Shown one piece after another: positions 44,275 to 57,786 of a stretch of 64,000 nt of DNA. A model generated the notes under the pieces. It worked only from the letters and a program-made list of their open reading frames with translations, was not told the origin of the DNA and ran no database searches. The position numbers and the translations under genes are program-made. Each line of letters begins with the position of its first letter. Within the stretch, counting starts at the first letter, position 1. Origin of the DNA: Folioceros fuciformis (taxonomy: Eukaryota); the NCBI GenBank assembly GCA_049999805.1, contig JBNGIO010006327.1, forward strand, positions 349,689-413,688. The letters run 5' to 3'.

Positions 44275-45282
44275 GGCATGACTCTCTGAGGCTGAGGCGG
44301 CACCGCTGCAGCCACTCCTGGATTTCCTCCTCCCTCCCCTCCAAATCAAGACCCTGCCTGGCGATCAAACGACTGTACACTTTTCCTGCCCGCTCTCTCC
44401 GCCTCCAGAAACAGATAGAGGCAGTGCGGTTGGTCGTGGGCTGCACGCTCCCAAGCCGTGTTTCGCCTTCCTCGTTTGAACTGTCGCCCAGAATTGGCGC
44501 GACCACATAGGAACACACATTGGGCCGGTGCTCGAGCTACGTACATGTGCTGTTCATATGACAACAGAAAGAAAAATATCAATATGAAGACGATGATGCA
44601 ATATAGGGACAAATATCTGTGATCGAGATTCCGACACTGGGGACATACATACCTACATTCCCTTCCCTTTCCTCCACTTCTTCAGGCTCTGCTGCAGCAA
44701 GGCCGCTGAGTCTGCGCGTTCGTTGCTGCGATTCGTGTTCGCGTTTTTATATGTTAGATACGTGGTGGGGACTCGGCTAGCCTAGGCTAGGCTGGGCTGG
44801 CTGTGCCATCCTGTACCCTCGACTCTGCAGATGACGCTGTGGGGACTACCGGACTTGGACGGCAACACGCGGATACGTTTGCTTGGAGAACAGGTACACG
44901 TGTACAAAACGAGCAGACTTGAGAAGTCCATTCTGGAGCCAACCAATCTGGTGCTGTTGCAGGAGGGGCTGGTTGCAGGTGGATCACCATGCCTGCCGTG
45001 CTATACATGTCATGCTGCTGCTTTGTGTGACAAAATAAGAGAGTCCAGTCTCTCGGGTATTACCCAAATCGCCTGCCTCAGCACACAAACTGCTGACGGG
45101 CCGTCTCCAAGGGTGTAGAGTCAGTTGCATGCCCCTGCCACACATGACGAATCCACAGGAACATCTGCATATGCTGAGACACAATTAGGGAAAGCCAGGC
45201 TTCCGTGCGTAACTCTCTGAGGAAACCTGTCTGACCAGCTTACCCGGGATACGCGTGATTTTACCAACCCTAGCTTCTCGAT

Positions 45283-47450
45283 CTACTGTGAGTACACGCT
45301 CTTTTCTAGACTGTCAATAGAAAAGGTTGATAGGTGGAGGAGCAGCAGTAGCAGCTGATGCCACCAGCAGTGTACATAGGCAAGGTAAGCCCAGGCGGTC
45401 CCATGGCGGATGACCTTCCATATAGCCTGTAAAGGTCTCCCACCTCCCCTTCCTTTGGTAGCCCCTTTGATAGCCTCCAGGGTACCGTGGCTAAGGGCTT
45501 CCTCTGCTAAATCCTTCACCTTGCAAGATGTCACCAGCTGCCGGTTCTCATCCTCAGGTAGTAAGAAACTGTGTACCAGTCCGTCCATGTATGTCCACCA
45601 ACTCTGACCTGGTAGGTAGCTCACATGCCCTTTTTCATGGTCTTCTCGCTGGAGGCTAGGTCTCCTGTGCCTGCTCTCACATGTGTCGCATTCGTGGAAT
45701 ATCTTCCACCCTAGGTAAAGCTGTGGAGTGCCTCCCGTCCAACTGCACTGCCTCCCCAAGGACATGGCGTTCCACCTCCACGTTGCTTCACTTTCGAAGG
45801 TACCGAAAAAGAGTGCTTGTCACGATGCAGGACAACCCCGCATTCTTACGGCCGTAGAGAACGGCAAAGTTCCTCCACTCTCGTATGGGCCCAGATGCAG
45901 GGGAAGGCCAGTTGCGTAGGCGGGCCCTCAACATTTTCAACAGCCACCGTTTCTCGGCCGGTGCATGCCTAACACCGCTGTCCTCCACGCATGCCACCAG
46001 GAATGCGAGGTTTCCGACCAGTCGGTGATGGCCCCGCATCGTCTCTGAGTTAGGAGGCATCGGGGCGGTGGATACTGCGGCCTGAAGGATGGGGCTCGCA
46101 GCTATCCCGAAGCATGGAATGCGTCAGCAGCAGGGTGTCCACCCCGGTGATGGTCCAATCAACTTTCATGGTGATGGAAGTTGTAATAATCGCCCCTACC
46201 ACCTCTGAGCCTGCAGGACCGATGGCGAGGTGGATGGCCTCAACCAGCAATTCTAACAGGTCACGGATATCCAGGAACACAACCACAATCGACTCCTCTT
46301 GTTTTCCGCGAGGGATGAGGTCGTCAGCTAGCACGTGGAGACGATGCATTACCTACGCGTCAAGTGCAGGTGACAGTGCTTCCAACATAGGATTCAGCTC
46401 CGCTACCGGTGGCCGCACAGCACACTCACATGGTTCCAAACTTGTCTCGGACAGCATCGGGCTCCCTCAACTTGCCATCTGTAGTTTCGCGGTCCTGGCA
46501 GAGAGAGACATTCGAGAGCCGAGGAACTTCTGCTGGCAGAACCCTAGAGCGTGCTCCGAAGAACACCTTACCCCTGTGCTCCTGCCATGATCGACTTATA
46601 CTCCGGTTGTAAACTCCATGGCAACCCCTGTCTGTAGACATAGACGCCAGTAGTTGAATGTGGAGCTCGGGGATGATTTCACGAAGCGGGGGATCAACCT
46701 GGTAAGCTTTCTTGCATCAGGACTACCTCACAAAGTCCAGACACCTACATGTATAATTTGCTGCACCCCGTTGCCGTTGCCGTCCCTATGGACGTGGACC
46801 TTGCGCTTCTCCGCTGGCCGCCATATGCTTTCTTACACGCCACCCATCTTCCTGTCGCCGACAAGAGAATGCAGTGTTGCCAAGTATTACAGGAGACGGA
46901 ACCAGCCAAGCTGCCGTGAGCAGAACCTCGATAATTCGATCGGCTTCTGTTCTAAGAACAGCACCCTTGCAAGACTTGCAAAGGGTGTCAGCTTTTCCAC
47001 AATGAGCATGAAGCTTCATTGAAAGGGCGTTCTCACACGAGCGATTCAGTCCGTCTCACCCCTGCGCAAGGACGAAGTGGACACGACCCGCGCTATCATG
47101 AACAGTACCTCGATTGATCGACTTGGGAGCCTTCTCATATGTTAAGACGCAACCCAGGCACACTAGCAAACCTGATGCATGTTTCACTGGAACTGTTGCA
47201 TATGCAGCCCTTGAAGGAAAGCTCAAGCGCAAACAGAAGGTAGAATTCTGCCATTCTGCAAGGCAGACGAACTATGAGTGGGCCTGGAGTCTCAGGTGAC
47301 CATGCTGGAGGCTCAGCTGCACTTTGGGATGACCATGTCATGTGCTTCTTTGGGATTCCTGGAATCAGATCGGTTTTCTCTGTTCTTTCACCTTGGTATC
47401 CACGGCAGCGCTTGTTGCTGGTGGATTAGTTCTGGAGAAATTGACTCATG
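45283..47450 (-). pseudogene. Second, inverted and disrupted copy of the unrecognised family at 3760-6211
   Basis: Colinear peptide and nucleotide similarity in at least four blocks, with multiple stops and frameshifts. Confidence 0.55.
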
Positions 47451-48627
47451 GGACATGTACAATTGAAGCAGAGGAGGGGAAACTGGCGAAGGCACTGACT
47501 GGGGAATGGATGAGCAGAGTAATGTGGCTTGGGCGCACGTTCAGAAATTCTAGTTGCAATCTTCCACGTCTAAGAGGGCCCTTTCTGTGGCCAAAGTGGC
47601 ACAAGCTCATTTTGGAACTATGTGGACTGGAATACAACAAACTTTTGGATGTTGTGGTGACTACGTTGTGCACTGTGGAGGCCTCGAGGACCGGCTGGAT
47701 GTGTTCCAAAGGCTGTCACCGAGAACTGCTGTCTCGTGGACTATTCCCGCTGCGTGGCTCTGGATCAGGCAATGAATCCAAGCTTGCCCGTGCTATGCTA
47801 GCCGTGCATTAACGGCTGCTCCAAAATAGGAATGCCCATTCGTGAGACTCCATGGACAAAAGTGAGCGGTGCCTGCCGGCACGGGGACCCGTGCTCCCGC
47901 TTGCACATCCGGCCGACAGCCAGCCAGACACTGCTCCAGGACAACATGTACCAGTCTCCGGATGATCTGCTTTCGCTGCGTGGCTTGGTGTGTGCGATGG
48001 CGACACGCATGTAGCACTGCTCCAACGCCATATTCCGATTATCCTCGATTCTCTACAGTTGTGGGAGGGAGACGAGAGGAGAAGAGATGAGAAGAGAAAA
48101 GACGGGGAGAGCTGTGAGAAGAGACGAGAGGACTAAACAAGTTTCAGAGCACACGTCTCATTAAGTTCGAGGCGTAAACAATCGAGGAAGGTCAGCTACC
48201 TATTCAAAAAGTACCTCACGTCACAGAATTGTGCCACGAAGATACCTGGAGAGGGAATCCAGGGGTGTCAACTGGAGCGGCCTCTAGTTCCCCGTTGCCG
48301 GACCTCTAACTGACCCCGGACCCACCTCGGAGTCTGCTATTTTCCTATTTTTGGATTTTGTCACCTGAATATCTGCCACCTGCAGGACACGGCATTGGCA
48401 GCCCCTTAGACCTTCACGACCAAACCTTTCCTCTTGGCAGGCGCAGAGAAGAAGTCGGCGCAGTCTCCCGTGTCCCCATCGAGCTCCGAATTTGTTGACA
48501 TCGCGGAGTGTGATCGGCCGGACAGGTGAGATCCAGCTCCCGATTTGGTGGTGGAGGCAGTATTGGAGCAGATCGGGCGCGGGGGCACGTCAATTCATTT
48601 CGCACCCACGGGGCGGGCGTCCTGCAG

Positions 48628-48881
48628 GATTTGGAATTCTGAAGTGTGATTTCGGAGGGTTGGGGGACAGAGGGTGAGAAGAATTTAGAAGGAAGGGAAG
48701 CTTGGCTGGATGCGATCGAGTTGACCCATGGGCCTTGTGGGGGAATTGATTTGCTGTTCGGGGAGGCGGGCTCTGCTGAATTTGGAATTCTGAAGTGTGT
48801 GGGAGTTTGGAGGAGGGAGAGTGAGGTGAGGTGAGGTGAGGGGAATTCAGAGGGTTGAAGCTTGGCTGGATGCGATCGAGT
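48628..48881 (+). repeat. Diverged ~150-bp tandem duplication upstream of PFK
   Basis: atttggaattctgaagtgtg and gaagcttggctggatgcgatcgagt each occur twice, ~150-160 bp apart. Confidence 0.65.
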
Positions 48882-49026
48882 CGGAGTGGTGGTGAGTGTG
48901 TCCCTGTTAGGGTGGTGGGGGAGCTTGCTATTGAGGTGTGTGGTTGGCGGGCAGGACTGAGACTGAGAGTGCTGCTTAGTTTCGGAGGACTGAAACTTTG
49001 GTGGGAGTGGTGCGTGCAGGAGCGAC

Positions 49027-52000
49027 ATGAAGGCTACATTGAACAGCCCGGGGGTGGCGCTGGGGGGGTTGGGGCAGGAGATTTGCAGAGCGTCTGCCGA
49101 GCCAGCTCGAGTGGAGGTGAACCGATTGAGATGCGTGGCAGCTGGTCGGACTGCTCTGGACTGCTCTTTGCAGAGGAAGCAGTTCCTTGGGAGCCCTCTG
49201 GTTTCTCGTGTGTGTGAACTGCATGTCGTGCCGGGGAAGAAGCAGGATGTGGTTGTGAGTGAATGTAAGACTCAGGAGGGTGCATGCGGGGCTCGCCTTG
49301 AGGATGTGCCCCACCTCATGGATTGGCTGGGCACGGATTTGGAGGTGGGTTTGCTGGCTCCTCCTCATGTCGTTCTGGTGTGTCTGGTGGTTGCTTGCTC
49401 CTCTTAACGGGTTGGCCTTCTGTGACCAGACGTTCCCGAACCCACTCAAGCACAATCCTGCTTACGCGGCTGTCAAGTAAGGTTTTCAGCGATTGTTTCC
49501 CTTCCAACTGTGCTTGCGAATGCCGGCGATTTGCCTTCCAGACTGTCACGTTTCGGGTCTCATGTTCGGTTCTTGATCTGCAGGCAGTACTTCGTGGAAG
49601 AGGATGATGTCGTTGCGAAAGACGTGAGTGTCTCTGCCATTTGATAGACAACGACTTTGTGTGCTGGAGTGTCATGGATCTGACATGGTCCTCTTCTGCA
49701 GATCGTTGTGAAGCTTAGAACTCCTGGCGATGGTCTTCACTTTCGTCGGGCTGGACCGAGGCAGAAGGTGAGCATTTACCGGCCAGTTCCACGGGGATGT
49801 CGTATGAGAAAACTTTGGCTTCAAGAAGTCTTTCAGTGGAAGTGGACAGAGGCACTTAGCTCCTGTCTTTTTATCTCTGCAGATATATTTTAAAGATAGT
49901 GAAGTTCGAGCTTGTATCGTGACATGCGGGGGCCTATGTCCTGGGCTCAACACTGTCATCCGTGAGATAGTCTGCGGGCTGTGGACTCAGTATGGTGTCC
50001 GGGAGATCATTGGGATAGATGTGCGTTGTCTGTTTTTCTTGACTTCGTTTTTTCATTTTTGAACGCAGTCTAGCTTCTACCGAGTCTTAAACTACAAGAC
50101 TATGCACAGTCTGCTTATTTTAGCTTATGTTCCTGCATCAAACAGGGGGGATATAGCGGCTTCTATTCCCGGAATACGATAACTCTAAATCCAAAGCTTG
50201 TGAATGACATCCACAAACGTGGAGGCACTGTGCTTGGAACTTCCAGAGGTGGGCACGATGCGAACAAGATTGTGGACAGCATTCAGGACAGAGGAATCAA
50301 TCAAGTATGTCCTTGTGATTGTGCGATTCATCGTTTTCCCTTGTCACCAACTTGAACTTGTGCAAATGGTGTGATTTTTTCTAACCACATCTACGCGCTT
50401 TGTAGGTATATATCATTGGTGGGGATGGTACACAACGAGGTGCTGAAATCATTCATAAGGTATGGCATGATAGAATGCAGAGTAGGACAAGATGCTGTGA
50501 CTTCAGTGGTTGTCTCAGACTCTCAAGCCCCCCTGTATTGTTGTAACATTTATATCTCAGGAGATTGAGCGGCGTGGTCTGAAGGTTGTTGTTGCTGGTA
50601 TTCCGAAGACAATCGACAATGACATTGCGGTACGTCAATCTCTGTACCTCTATGCTTGCCTTTTTATTTGCAAAAGTATTGTATTAGTTTGACTGAACGA
50701 AATCATAATCGCCCTACAGGTAATAGATAAATCATTTGGGTTCGATACAGCTGTGGAAGAAGCTCAACGGGCAATCAATGCAGCACATGTTGAAGCCGAG
50801 AGTACTCACAACTCCATTGGCCTGGTGAAGCTGATGGGTCGATACAGTGGTAGGATATGCAAGTGCAGCTCCTTTGTCACATATGTTCAATCATAACCTT
50901 ATCTGGAACTGGAGGTGCTCACCATCCTTTTTTGTTTTTTTATTTTGCAGGATATATCGCAATGCATGCGACACTAGCCAGCCGTGATGTTGTAAGTCTG
51001 CCATCCTTCGCCGCCTAGCCTTGTAGCGGCACTCTCTACACCCATACTTCGTAGAGGGGATCTTTGTGACTCCCTTGAAATGTCATTTATGCAGGATTGC
51101 TGTTTGATACCAGAAGTTCCGTTCTACTTAGAGGGACCTGGAGGTCTTTACGAGTTTGTGGAAAAACGTTTGTTGGAAAACGGACACATGGTGATAGTTG
51201 TAGCTGAAGGTGCTGGTCAAGAGTTGTTAAAGCTAGAAAATCAAACTGGTTCAAACACTATGGATGCATCTGGCAATCGGCTGCTACTTGATGTTGGTCT
51301 ATGGCTATCGCAAGCACTTAAGGTAAATTCGATGTCAGCGAGTATGTGCTGCATTGCAGGCTCAAGTCGGACACTCACAGTGTAAATCCTATTTTCAGGC
51401 AGAATTCAAGAAAAGGACAAGCAGGGACCTAAACTTGAAGTATATTGGTAAGTGTTTCTATCTACACTCTGACTGGGGACGTGTCCTTCGATCTTCCTTG
51501 TCAAGGTTCATGCGGGTTGACCATCTGAAGTGAACGTGACTCAATGGTGTATCGTTTGAAATCAGACCCCACGTACATGATTCGAGCTATTCCAAGTAAT
51601 GCATCCGACAATGTCTACTGCACTCTGCTGGCTCATAGTGCTATCCATGGGGCCATGGCTGGATACTCTGGATTCACTGTGGGCCCAGTCAATGGACGCC
51701 ACACCTACATTCCAATCAACGTAGCCTCCTGAAACCCTTGATTAAAATTCGTTCTGTGCTCATTGGAATGATCTTCTTACGTGTTAACCATCAACGTTTA
51801 CTGATCAGCATTTGGCTTTGCTGATGAGTGCAGAGGATCACCCAAACTCAAAATCGGGTGAACGTCAGTGACAGGATGTGGGCAAGGCTGTTGTCTTCAA
51901 CCCACCAGCCTGACTTCCTGGACTATGAAATCGTTATGAAGCGGAAATCTGTACCTGATACCACTGTCTGGGCCCCTAGTCTTGCCAATGGTACAGTCAC

Positions 52001-52043
52001 ACAGGCAGGAGTTGTTGACGAGGCAAGTGCAGAAACCGTATAG
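49027..52043 (+). CDS. PFK: ATP-dependent 6-phosphofructokinase (plant group A), with a probable plastid-type N-terminal extension; multi-exon
   Basis: [68 protein letters not shown] and [14 protein letters not shown]. The introns checked are GT-AG. Confidence 0.96.
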
Positions 52044-53106
52044 TGTATGGGATGAGGATGCAGGCACAGGTCGATTGCTTCTCTGTTGTTTACAGATCCT
52101 GTGCCATGACCAGGAAGAATCTTTTTGGTGGCCAGGCCGCAGCAGGTGTGCAGTGGAGCAAGCAGTGTGGCTTGCTGATAGAACATTCTTGTCTGTTTGA
52201 TGGAATAACCCCTTACGCACTGTAGGTACAATTATGTTGAAGCTTATGCCTTTGCACGTGCAGCTGGGCGACTGCTGCTCATCGGCGGAACCCCTTCTGG
52301 ACCTGGTGACGCAGTTGCTGTGGTGCACAGGTATGGTCCTCTTGTCGACATGCTTGAAATGGGTGGCGGCTGGACTTCAGACAGCAGGTCGATGACTCTA
52401 GAGTCTTTCAATTCACTGTTGTTCAGACTATTTACATACAAGTAGGACATTCATACATGTATAATGGATTATTTTATTGTTATTATTCAGAATTTTAGGG
52501 GTTCTTCTCTTTGTTTCTTTTGTATGTATGTTTTAAATAAATATCTAATGAGTTACTGTAATGGATTAGGTACTGGATCCAATTGCCTTGCTTCCATGAG
52601 TCATGCGACATAGTGATCACAACAGGAAGTGAATAAGTAACAAATCTTGCATGATTATTGGACAAACGAACAGGAAGTCACTTCCTATCGCCTAACTGAC
52701 TGCAAGACCTACACGTTACGGCCCTGGAAGATTTTCACTATGGCTCAATGTCACAGGAATATTCCGGACCAGCTCCTTGAAGGACTGCCTACCAGAAGAC
52801 GCCTCCTGTCCTGGATGTGCTCAGGCCCTCTGCACGTCCCCCAGAGATGGTACTCGTTCTCGGAGAGGCGGGCTGAGTTCAAGGAAGCAAGTGTGTATGA
52901 GGAAGGAAATATGTACAATGCTACTAGAAGGCTACCAGAATCACACCGACATAAGCAACAAACAAGGTGGCGTTGATGCACGCCAGAAGGTCCAGGCGAT
53001 GGCCCATGGGAACCCTCTTATCCCTCACCGTCGTCTGGACTCCCAACCTTGGAGAAAAACCAGACTGAGCTCTAGCGACGTTTAGTACACAAAACGAGCA
53101 GTACCG

Positions 53107-53457
53107 TCAAGCAGCTTGCATGTGGTTGTTCTGTGCCAAGGCCGCCTGCTCGTAGTCTACGGCCTTCTGGATAAGACCTTCGTCCTCCACCACCATCTGC
53201 AGGGGCACAGACCCCAGGGCTTGGGCCAAACTGAGCAGAATACTTTTCAATTGAGCTCGAAACTCCACCAGATCCACGGTCCCGCTGTTATCCGCATCGA
53301 AGNNNNNNNNNNNNNNNNNNNNNNNNNNNNNNNNNNNNNNNNNNNNNNNNNNNNNNNNNNNNNNNNNNNNNNNNNNNNNNNNNNNNNNNNNNNNNNNNNN
53401 NNCCTCGTTCTCCGCGAAGTCTCGCACTGTCGACCCGTCCAGGAGGACGACCCCCAT
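53107..53457 (-). CDS. Plant EF-hand calcium-binding protein (middle part in an assembly gap)
   Basis: MGVVLLDGSTVRDF...FDADNSGTVDLVEF...LAQALGSVPLQMVVEDEG, with a canonical EF-hand loop. Confidence 0.88.
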   Translation of the reverse strand: MGVVLLDGSTVRDFAENEXXXXXXXXXXXXXXXXXXXXXXXXXXXXXXXXXXFDADNSGTVDLVEFRAQLKSILLSLAQALGSVPLQMVVEDEGLIQKAVDYEQAALAQNNHMQAA

Positions 53458-53962
53458 CGCGTCTCTTCTCCAAGCTGAAACGAACGTGTCGCACCTTACA
53501 CTCTTCTATCGTAAATGAGCGTATGTATACCAATGTTAAAGGGACTATTTTATCATCCCCTTTGACAAGTTCAAAGGCGGTGAATTAGGTCACCCGAACT
53601 TCGAAATCGAATCCGTCGCTACGTCAGAAGAACGTAGATCTTCTGGTGGACATAAATTTCTGCACGAAGCGTCGTTACGTAAACCAGACCCATTCTCATC
53701 TAGCTTAGTTCAGCGCGAGAGTTTCGTAGTCCTCGCTTGTGATATAAGTATTGCTTAGCATGAATTAGCGTTGCTAACCAAGACAATGGAGTATAGTGGG
53801 TTGAATTAGGTTGTTAACTACTAACATTGCACTTATGGAATAAATGTCACACAGAAGGACCAGAGAATCCAGTCGGATTGGGTGTCTAGTTACTAAGAGT
53901 TGGATTGAACACTTGCACTTGTAAGCCAAGTGTTACTTAGTAGGATTATCTGGCACTATCAC

Positions 53963-56503
53963 ATGGGTTACTTACGTGATGTTTCTTGGGAGCATCTCTT
54001 GCTAACCAATATGCATGGTGCTTACGAGCTCAAGGATGTTCTTAAGCTCTATTTTCAACCAGAAGTTCTTGACGAGCTAGAGCAAATATGTGTAGATCAC
54101 TTGAATTCCTTGAATGAATTCAAAGAGACGGGTAATACTATCGAATCTTTAAAAGCTCATGTCAAGTATGAAATACAAAAGAGGGCAATCATCCAACAAA
54201 TTAAGAGTCCTCCCTATGTCTATGCTGAAATGCAAGGGCTCATACATAGTGAAGTAGAAGAAGGATTCCAAGAGCCATTCAGCACAAATAAGCTGCATAT
54301 GAGAAGTAGAGCAGCTGGCAAGTATCTTCTTTCCTTTATGATTTTATGCATGACCAATTGGATTTATCCACCGAGCATTCTTAGCCATGTATTTCCAATT
54401 CAAGTAGAGTCTCCAAGAAGAAGTGAAGAAAGGGGCGGGACACTTGGTTCAGCCATTGATATGGGTGTGTGCCCAATTTATTATACTTGTATGCGTGTGA
54501 ATTGTAACAAGTCAAGTACCCCTTGCCAAAATTTGGCTATGGGCATGTGTAATTCTTGTGAGCTGGTTGCTTATTGTATAGAACATTGTGGATGCGAGGA
54601 TGCACACTCATCGTTCTGTGATCAAATCTCAAAAGCAAAAGGGGAGGGAAATAAGCCATCTATGAGGAACAAGTACAATTATCCAAGAAACGATGCTGCA
54701 ATAACATGGGATACCACTCCTCCTATTGCCCTACTAAACCACCATGATTTAAAGGAGTCTCTCCCAACTCCCTTGCGTTTGTCTTTCGATGGTTGTTATG
54801 ACTTAAGCCATATCATCCACACCCTTGGTGAAATATATGTTGATCCTCAATCTAAAAGCTTGATGCAGTTGAATTTCAAAGGGGAGATCATTTTTTACAT
54901 CAATTGTTCAGATCACCATGCTATTGCTAGGAATCTTATCATCTGTTGTTTGCTAACAGCTTGGGCTCATGGTGATTTTGGCGATTCTATTGGTGATGCC
55001 ATCATAGCTATTTGGTACTCAGCTTTCTTGACATTGCCTCAATATCTCTTACTTATAGAGACCATTACATCCATCCTCAAAGATGCTATGATTATAGAAT
55101 CTGATGTAGATGTTTTTAGAAGCCTTGGTACATTAGTAGAATGGTTAAACGAGAATGTAGATGATAGAACATGCGTGGATCATATTGTGAATTCCAGAAA
55201 CTGTCACTGCCATGTTCATCTTCATAGCCAAGGATCTGAGATTTGGAAGTACTTAGTGGAGATGACACTAACAAACTGGTCTCCAGGGAGATGTGAAGTA
55301 GGTAGAAAGCAAAGTGTCAGTGCAACTGACAATAGCCAAGCTATAGAGCAATATCTCATTCCAGAGCATCTTGAAGTTGTGACACATTTTCGGCTCACAG
55401 GAATGCTACTTCCATATGGCCAATATTCCGATAACCATGTGATACCTAATCCCACTTTGTTCTCACCTACTAAGGGATGGATAGGTGAATCCAATGCTTT
55501 CGATTGCTTTGGTGGCTGGCCCATGAACCAGGTGTTATCTCCAATGCCCTTGTTACATTGTCCTTCACTATTCTCATTACTGCATCTTGAAGCTTGCAAC
55601 AACAACTATCTTGATCAAAACATTTTGTGTCTTGATGATATGTCGCAGATTTTACGAAGGACCATAGCTCCATTGCAACCTGCGCATGATCTTTATGGAA
55701 TTTTTTTCTTCCATCTCAAAGTTGCTTTAACTAAAGCTCTTTCAACACTTAGAGAGCACCAAGTGAACTTTCATTTCTTTGCCAAGTCTTCTGACATGTT
55801 TGTCCATCATCTTACATACAAAGATCCAGGTCTTATGGCTTTGTACCGTGGATTCACTACATTGAGAGAGTATTCGAGTCTACAAGAAGTGCTATGCCAG
55901 TGGGCTCCTCTATTTGGGTGGCCTAGCAACAAGGGCCATTGTTTAGTACTCAAAGTTTGCTCTCACAAAGTCACCGACTTATCATCTCAACTTAATATCA
56001 ACAAGAGATCAGATGTTTTGGATTGGTTTATTGGTGTGGTTAACTCATCCTATGATCATGAAACTGAGAGATTCAAAGACATACTACTCCAATATGTGAA
56101 AGACTTGCGTGAAGGCAAAGTTAACTCCAAAGTTGACCGATTATGTCCTTTGTTGTTCATATCCGAGGAAGATGTACACAAGGAACTCCAACTTGATAAG
56201 GTTTCTACAGTGAAAGACCTCCATGACGACGAATTTTACCTTAAAGTTGAGAGATTGTTTGCTCTCACATTCATATCCAAGTTTGATAAACCAAAGAAAT
56301 TCAAAGTTGATAAGTTGCCGACAAAAGGTCATATGATGCAAAGAAGGACAAAACACATGGTGGTACCATACTCAACAAAGCCCTCATATTCTACTCTACC
56401 CAAACGTGATACTAGTTTTCTAGTTAAGAAATGGTACTATGAACTCTTTATTAAGAGAGTCGATTATTCAACTATTTTTACAGAATGGATAGTAAATAAG
56501 TAG
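53963..56503 (+). CDS. MYND-type zinc finger + DUF4470-like protein, copy 1; exons 53963-55531 and 55649-56503 (~807 aa)
   Basis: CNSCELVAYCIEHC..H...C, WDTTPPI, LRLSFDGCYDLSHIIHTL, YINCSD..AIARNLII, IIAIWYSAFL, FRLTGMLLPYG, PNPTLF and DLYG. The 117-nt in-frame GT-AG intron sits at the same site as in copy 2. Confidence 0.8.
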   Translation: MGYLRDVSWEHLLLTNMHGAYELKDVLKLYFQPEVLDELEQICVDHLNSLNEFKETGNTIESLKAHVKYEIQKRAIIQQIKSPPYVYAEMQGLIHSEVEEGFQEPFSTNKLHMRSRAAGKYLLSFMILCMTNWIYPPSILSHVFPIQVESPRRSEERGGTLGSAIDMGVCPIYYTCMRVNCNKSSTPCQNLAMGMCNSCELVAYCIEHCGCEDAHSSFCDQISKAKGEGNKPSMRNKYNYPRNDAAITWDTTPPIALLNHHDLKESLPTPLRLSFDGCYDLSHIIHTLGEIYVDPQSKSLMQLNFKGEIIFYINCSDHHAIARNLIICCLLTAWAHGDFGDSIGDAIIAIWYSAFLTLPQYLLLIETITSILKDAMIIESDVDVFRSLGTLVEWLNENVDDRTCVDHIVNSRNCHCHVHLHSQGSEIWKYLVEMTLTNWSPGRCEVGRKQSVSATDNSQAIEQYLIPEHLEVVTHFRLTGMLLPYGQYSDNHVIPNPTLFSPTKGWIGESNAFDCFGGWPMNQVLSPMPLLHCPSLFSLLHLEACNNNYLDQNILCLDDMSQILRRTIAPLQPAHDLYGIFFFHLKVALTKALSTLREHQVNFHFFAKSSDMFVHHLTYKDPGLMALYRGFTTLREYSSLQEVLCQWAPLFGWPSNKGHCLVLKVCSHKVTDLSSQLNINKRSDVLDWFIGVVNSSYDHETERFKDILLQYVKDLREGKVNSKVDRLCPLLFISEEDVHKELQLDKVSTVKDLHDDEFYLKVERLFALTFISKFDKPKKFKVDKLPTKGHMMQRRTKHMVVPYSTKPSYSTLPKRDTSFLVKKWYYELFIKRVDYSTIFTEWIVNK

Positions 56504-56639
56504 ATTGGATAGAGTATTTTAATTTACTAAACAATGACTACAATGTAAAGGTTGATATACAACACAGGATTCATTGACATCTTTAATACACTAAGCCCTA
56601 AACATACAATAAACCCTAAATCCTAAACATCATTAATCA

Positions 56640-57330
56640 TCTTATTAGTGTGAATTCATGCCGGGATGTGGAGGGTCCAGAAGGACTAATGGTGTGCCGG
56701 CCTTGTTGAGGATTATTTCCCTCTCCGTCGTGGTGTGCGTGAGTTGGATCCGTCCATGTGTCCGCTGGATTCCTGCTGCTTGCCTCTCCTTGGAGCCTTG
56801 TGTTTGTGTCTCTCACGACCCTTAAGATCACGAGGGCAACCGGGAACGGATATGGCTGGTGTTCCGAGGGATTCAGTAAATCCACATGCTTGGATACCCT
56901 GTTGAATAGGATGAACTAGGGTACCCTGCTGATGAGCCTGCGCCTCGCTCACTGCCGCTGGAAATGACCTACCGCAGGTCGCTCGGGCTTTTGGCTTTGT
57001 GGACTTTAGCTAAAGCTTGCAGTAGGGGAGGATTGCTCCGCACTGTCGTTGTCAAATGCTAGACAAGTTGTCACATGCCAGACCAATTGGTTCCTCCGGT
57101 CCAAAGGTTGCTTTCTGATATTCCATTTGCTTGCCAGAAGCCGAAATCTCTGACACAGCTGCTCCGAACCTTCCCGTACATTTGTCACGATTTCCTCCGT
57201 TCACCGAGGAGATATCGTGGCAAATATGCTCACAAAAGGGCCTATCCGCTTGAAGCATGAGCGCTCTCGCTCTCTTCCTGGTGTAGCTTGTTTGTTCGCT
57301 AGGGGGGGGAATCTGCCATGTTCGCGCACA
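56640..57330 (-). pseudogene. Degraded duplicate of the HESO1-like last exon
   Basis: GRFGAAVSEISASGKQMEYQKATFGPEEPIGLA and SEAQAHQQG..IQQGIQACG..ES match 62200-62710. Frameshifts and stops are present. Confidence 0.85.
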
Positions 57331-57612
57331 TTCCCACATGGATTTAAGGGGGAGTACACCTTAGCTCACACTTCTTTCTTTTGTCTGTGTTGCTATGCGT
57401 ATTCACGTGGGGGAGTGTTTAACAGGATGAGGTTCATCCTCGTAGACTCTAATTAGTGAGAATCGCATAATCGCTAGCAATGAAGAGTTTTCCACTCATC
57501 TACCCTTGGTCCGCTTAAATGTTCCATTCTAATTGAGGGTCATTGCCAACTTCATTTACCTTCAGTCAGATCTGTGCTTTCGTGGTTGTCCTCTGCCACT
57601 TTTACAAGCTTC

Positions 57613-57786
57613 ACAAGAATGTGAGCAAGACTGTTATCTTCAACCCACTAGCCTTACTCCTTGGACTATGAAACCATCATGAAGCGGCAATCTGCATCCG
57701 ATGACATTATCTCGGCCCCTAGTTTTGCTTATGGTCGAGTCCCACAGGCAGGAGATGTTGATGACGCAAGTGCAGAAACCGTATAG
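57613..57786 (+). pseudogene. Degraded duplicate of the PFK last exon (similarity continues into the 3' UTR)
   Basis: Colinear with 51871-52043, ending gcaagtgcagaaaccgtatag; in-frame stops (TGG>TGA, CAG>TAG). Confidence 0.9.
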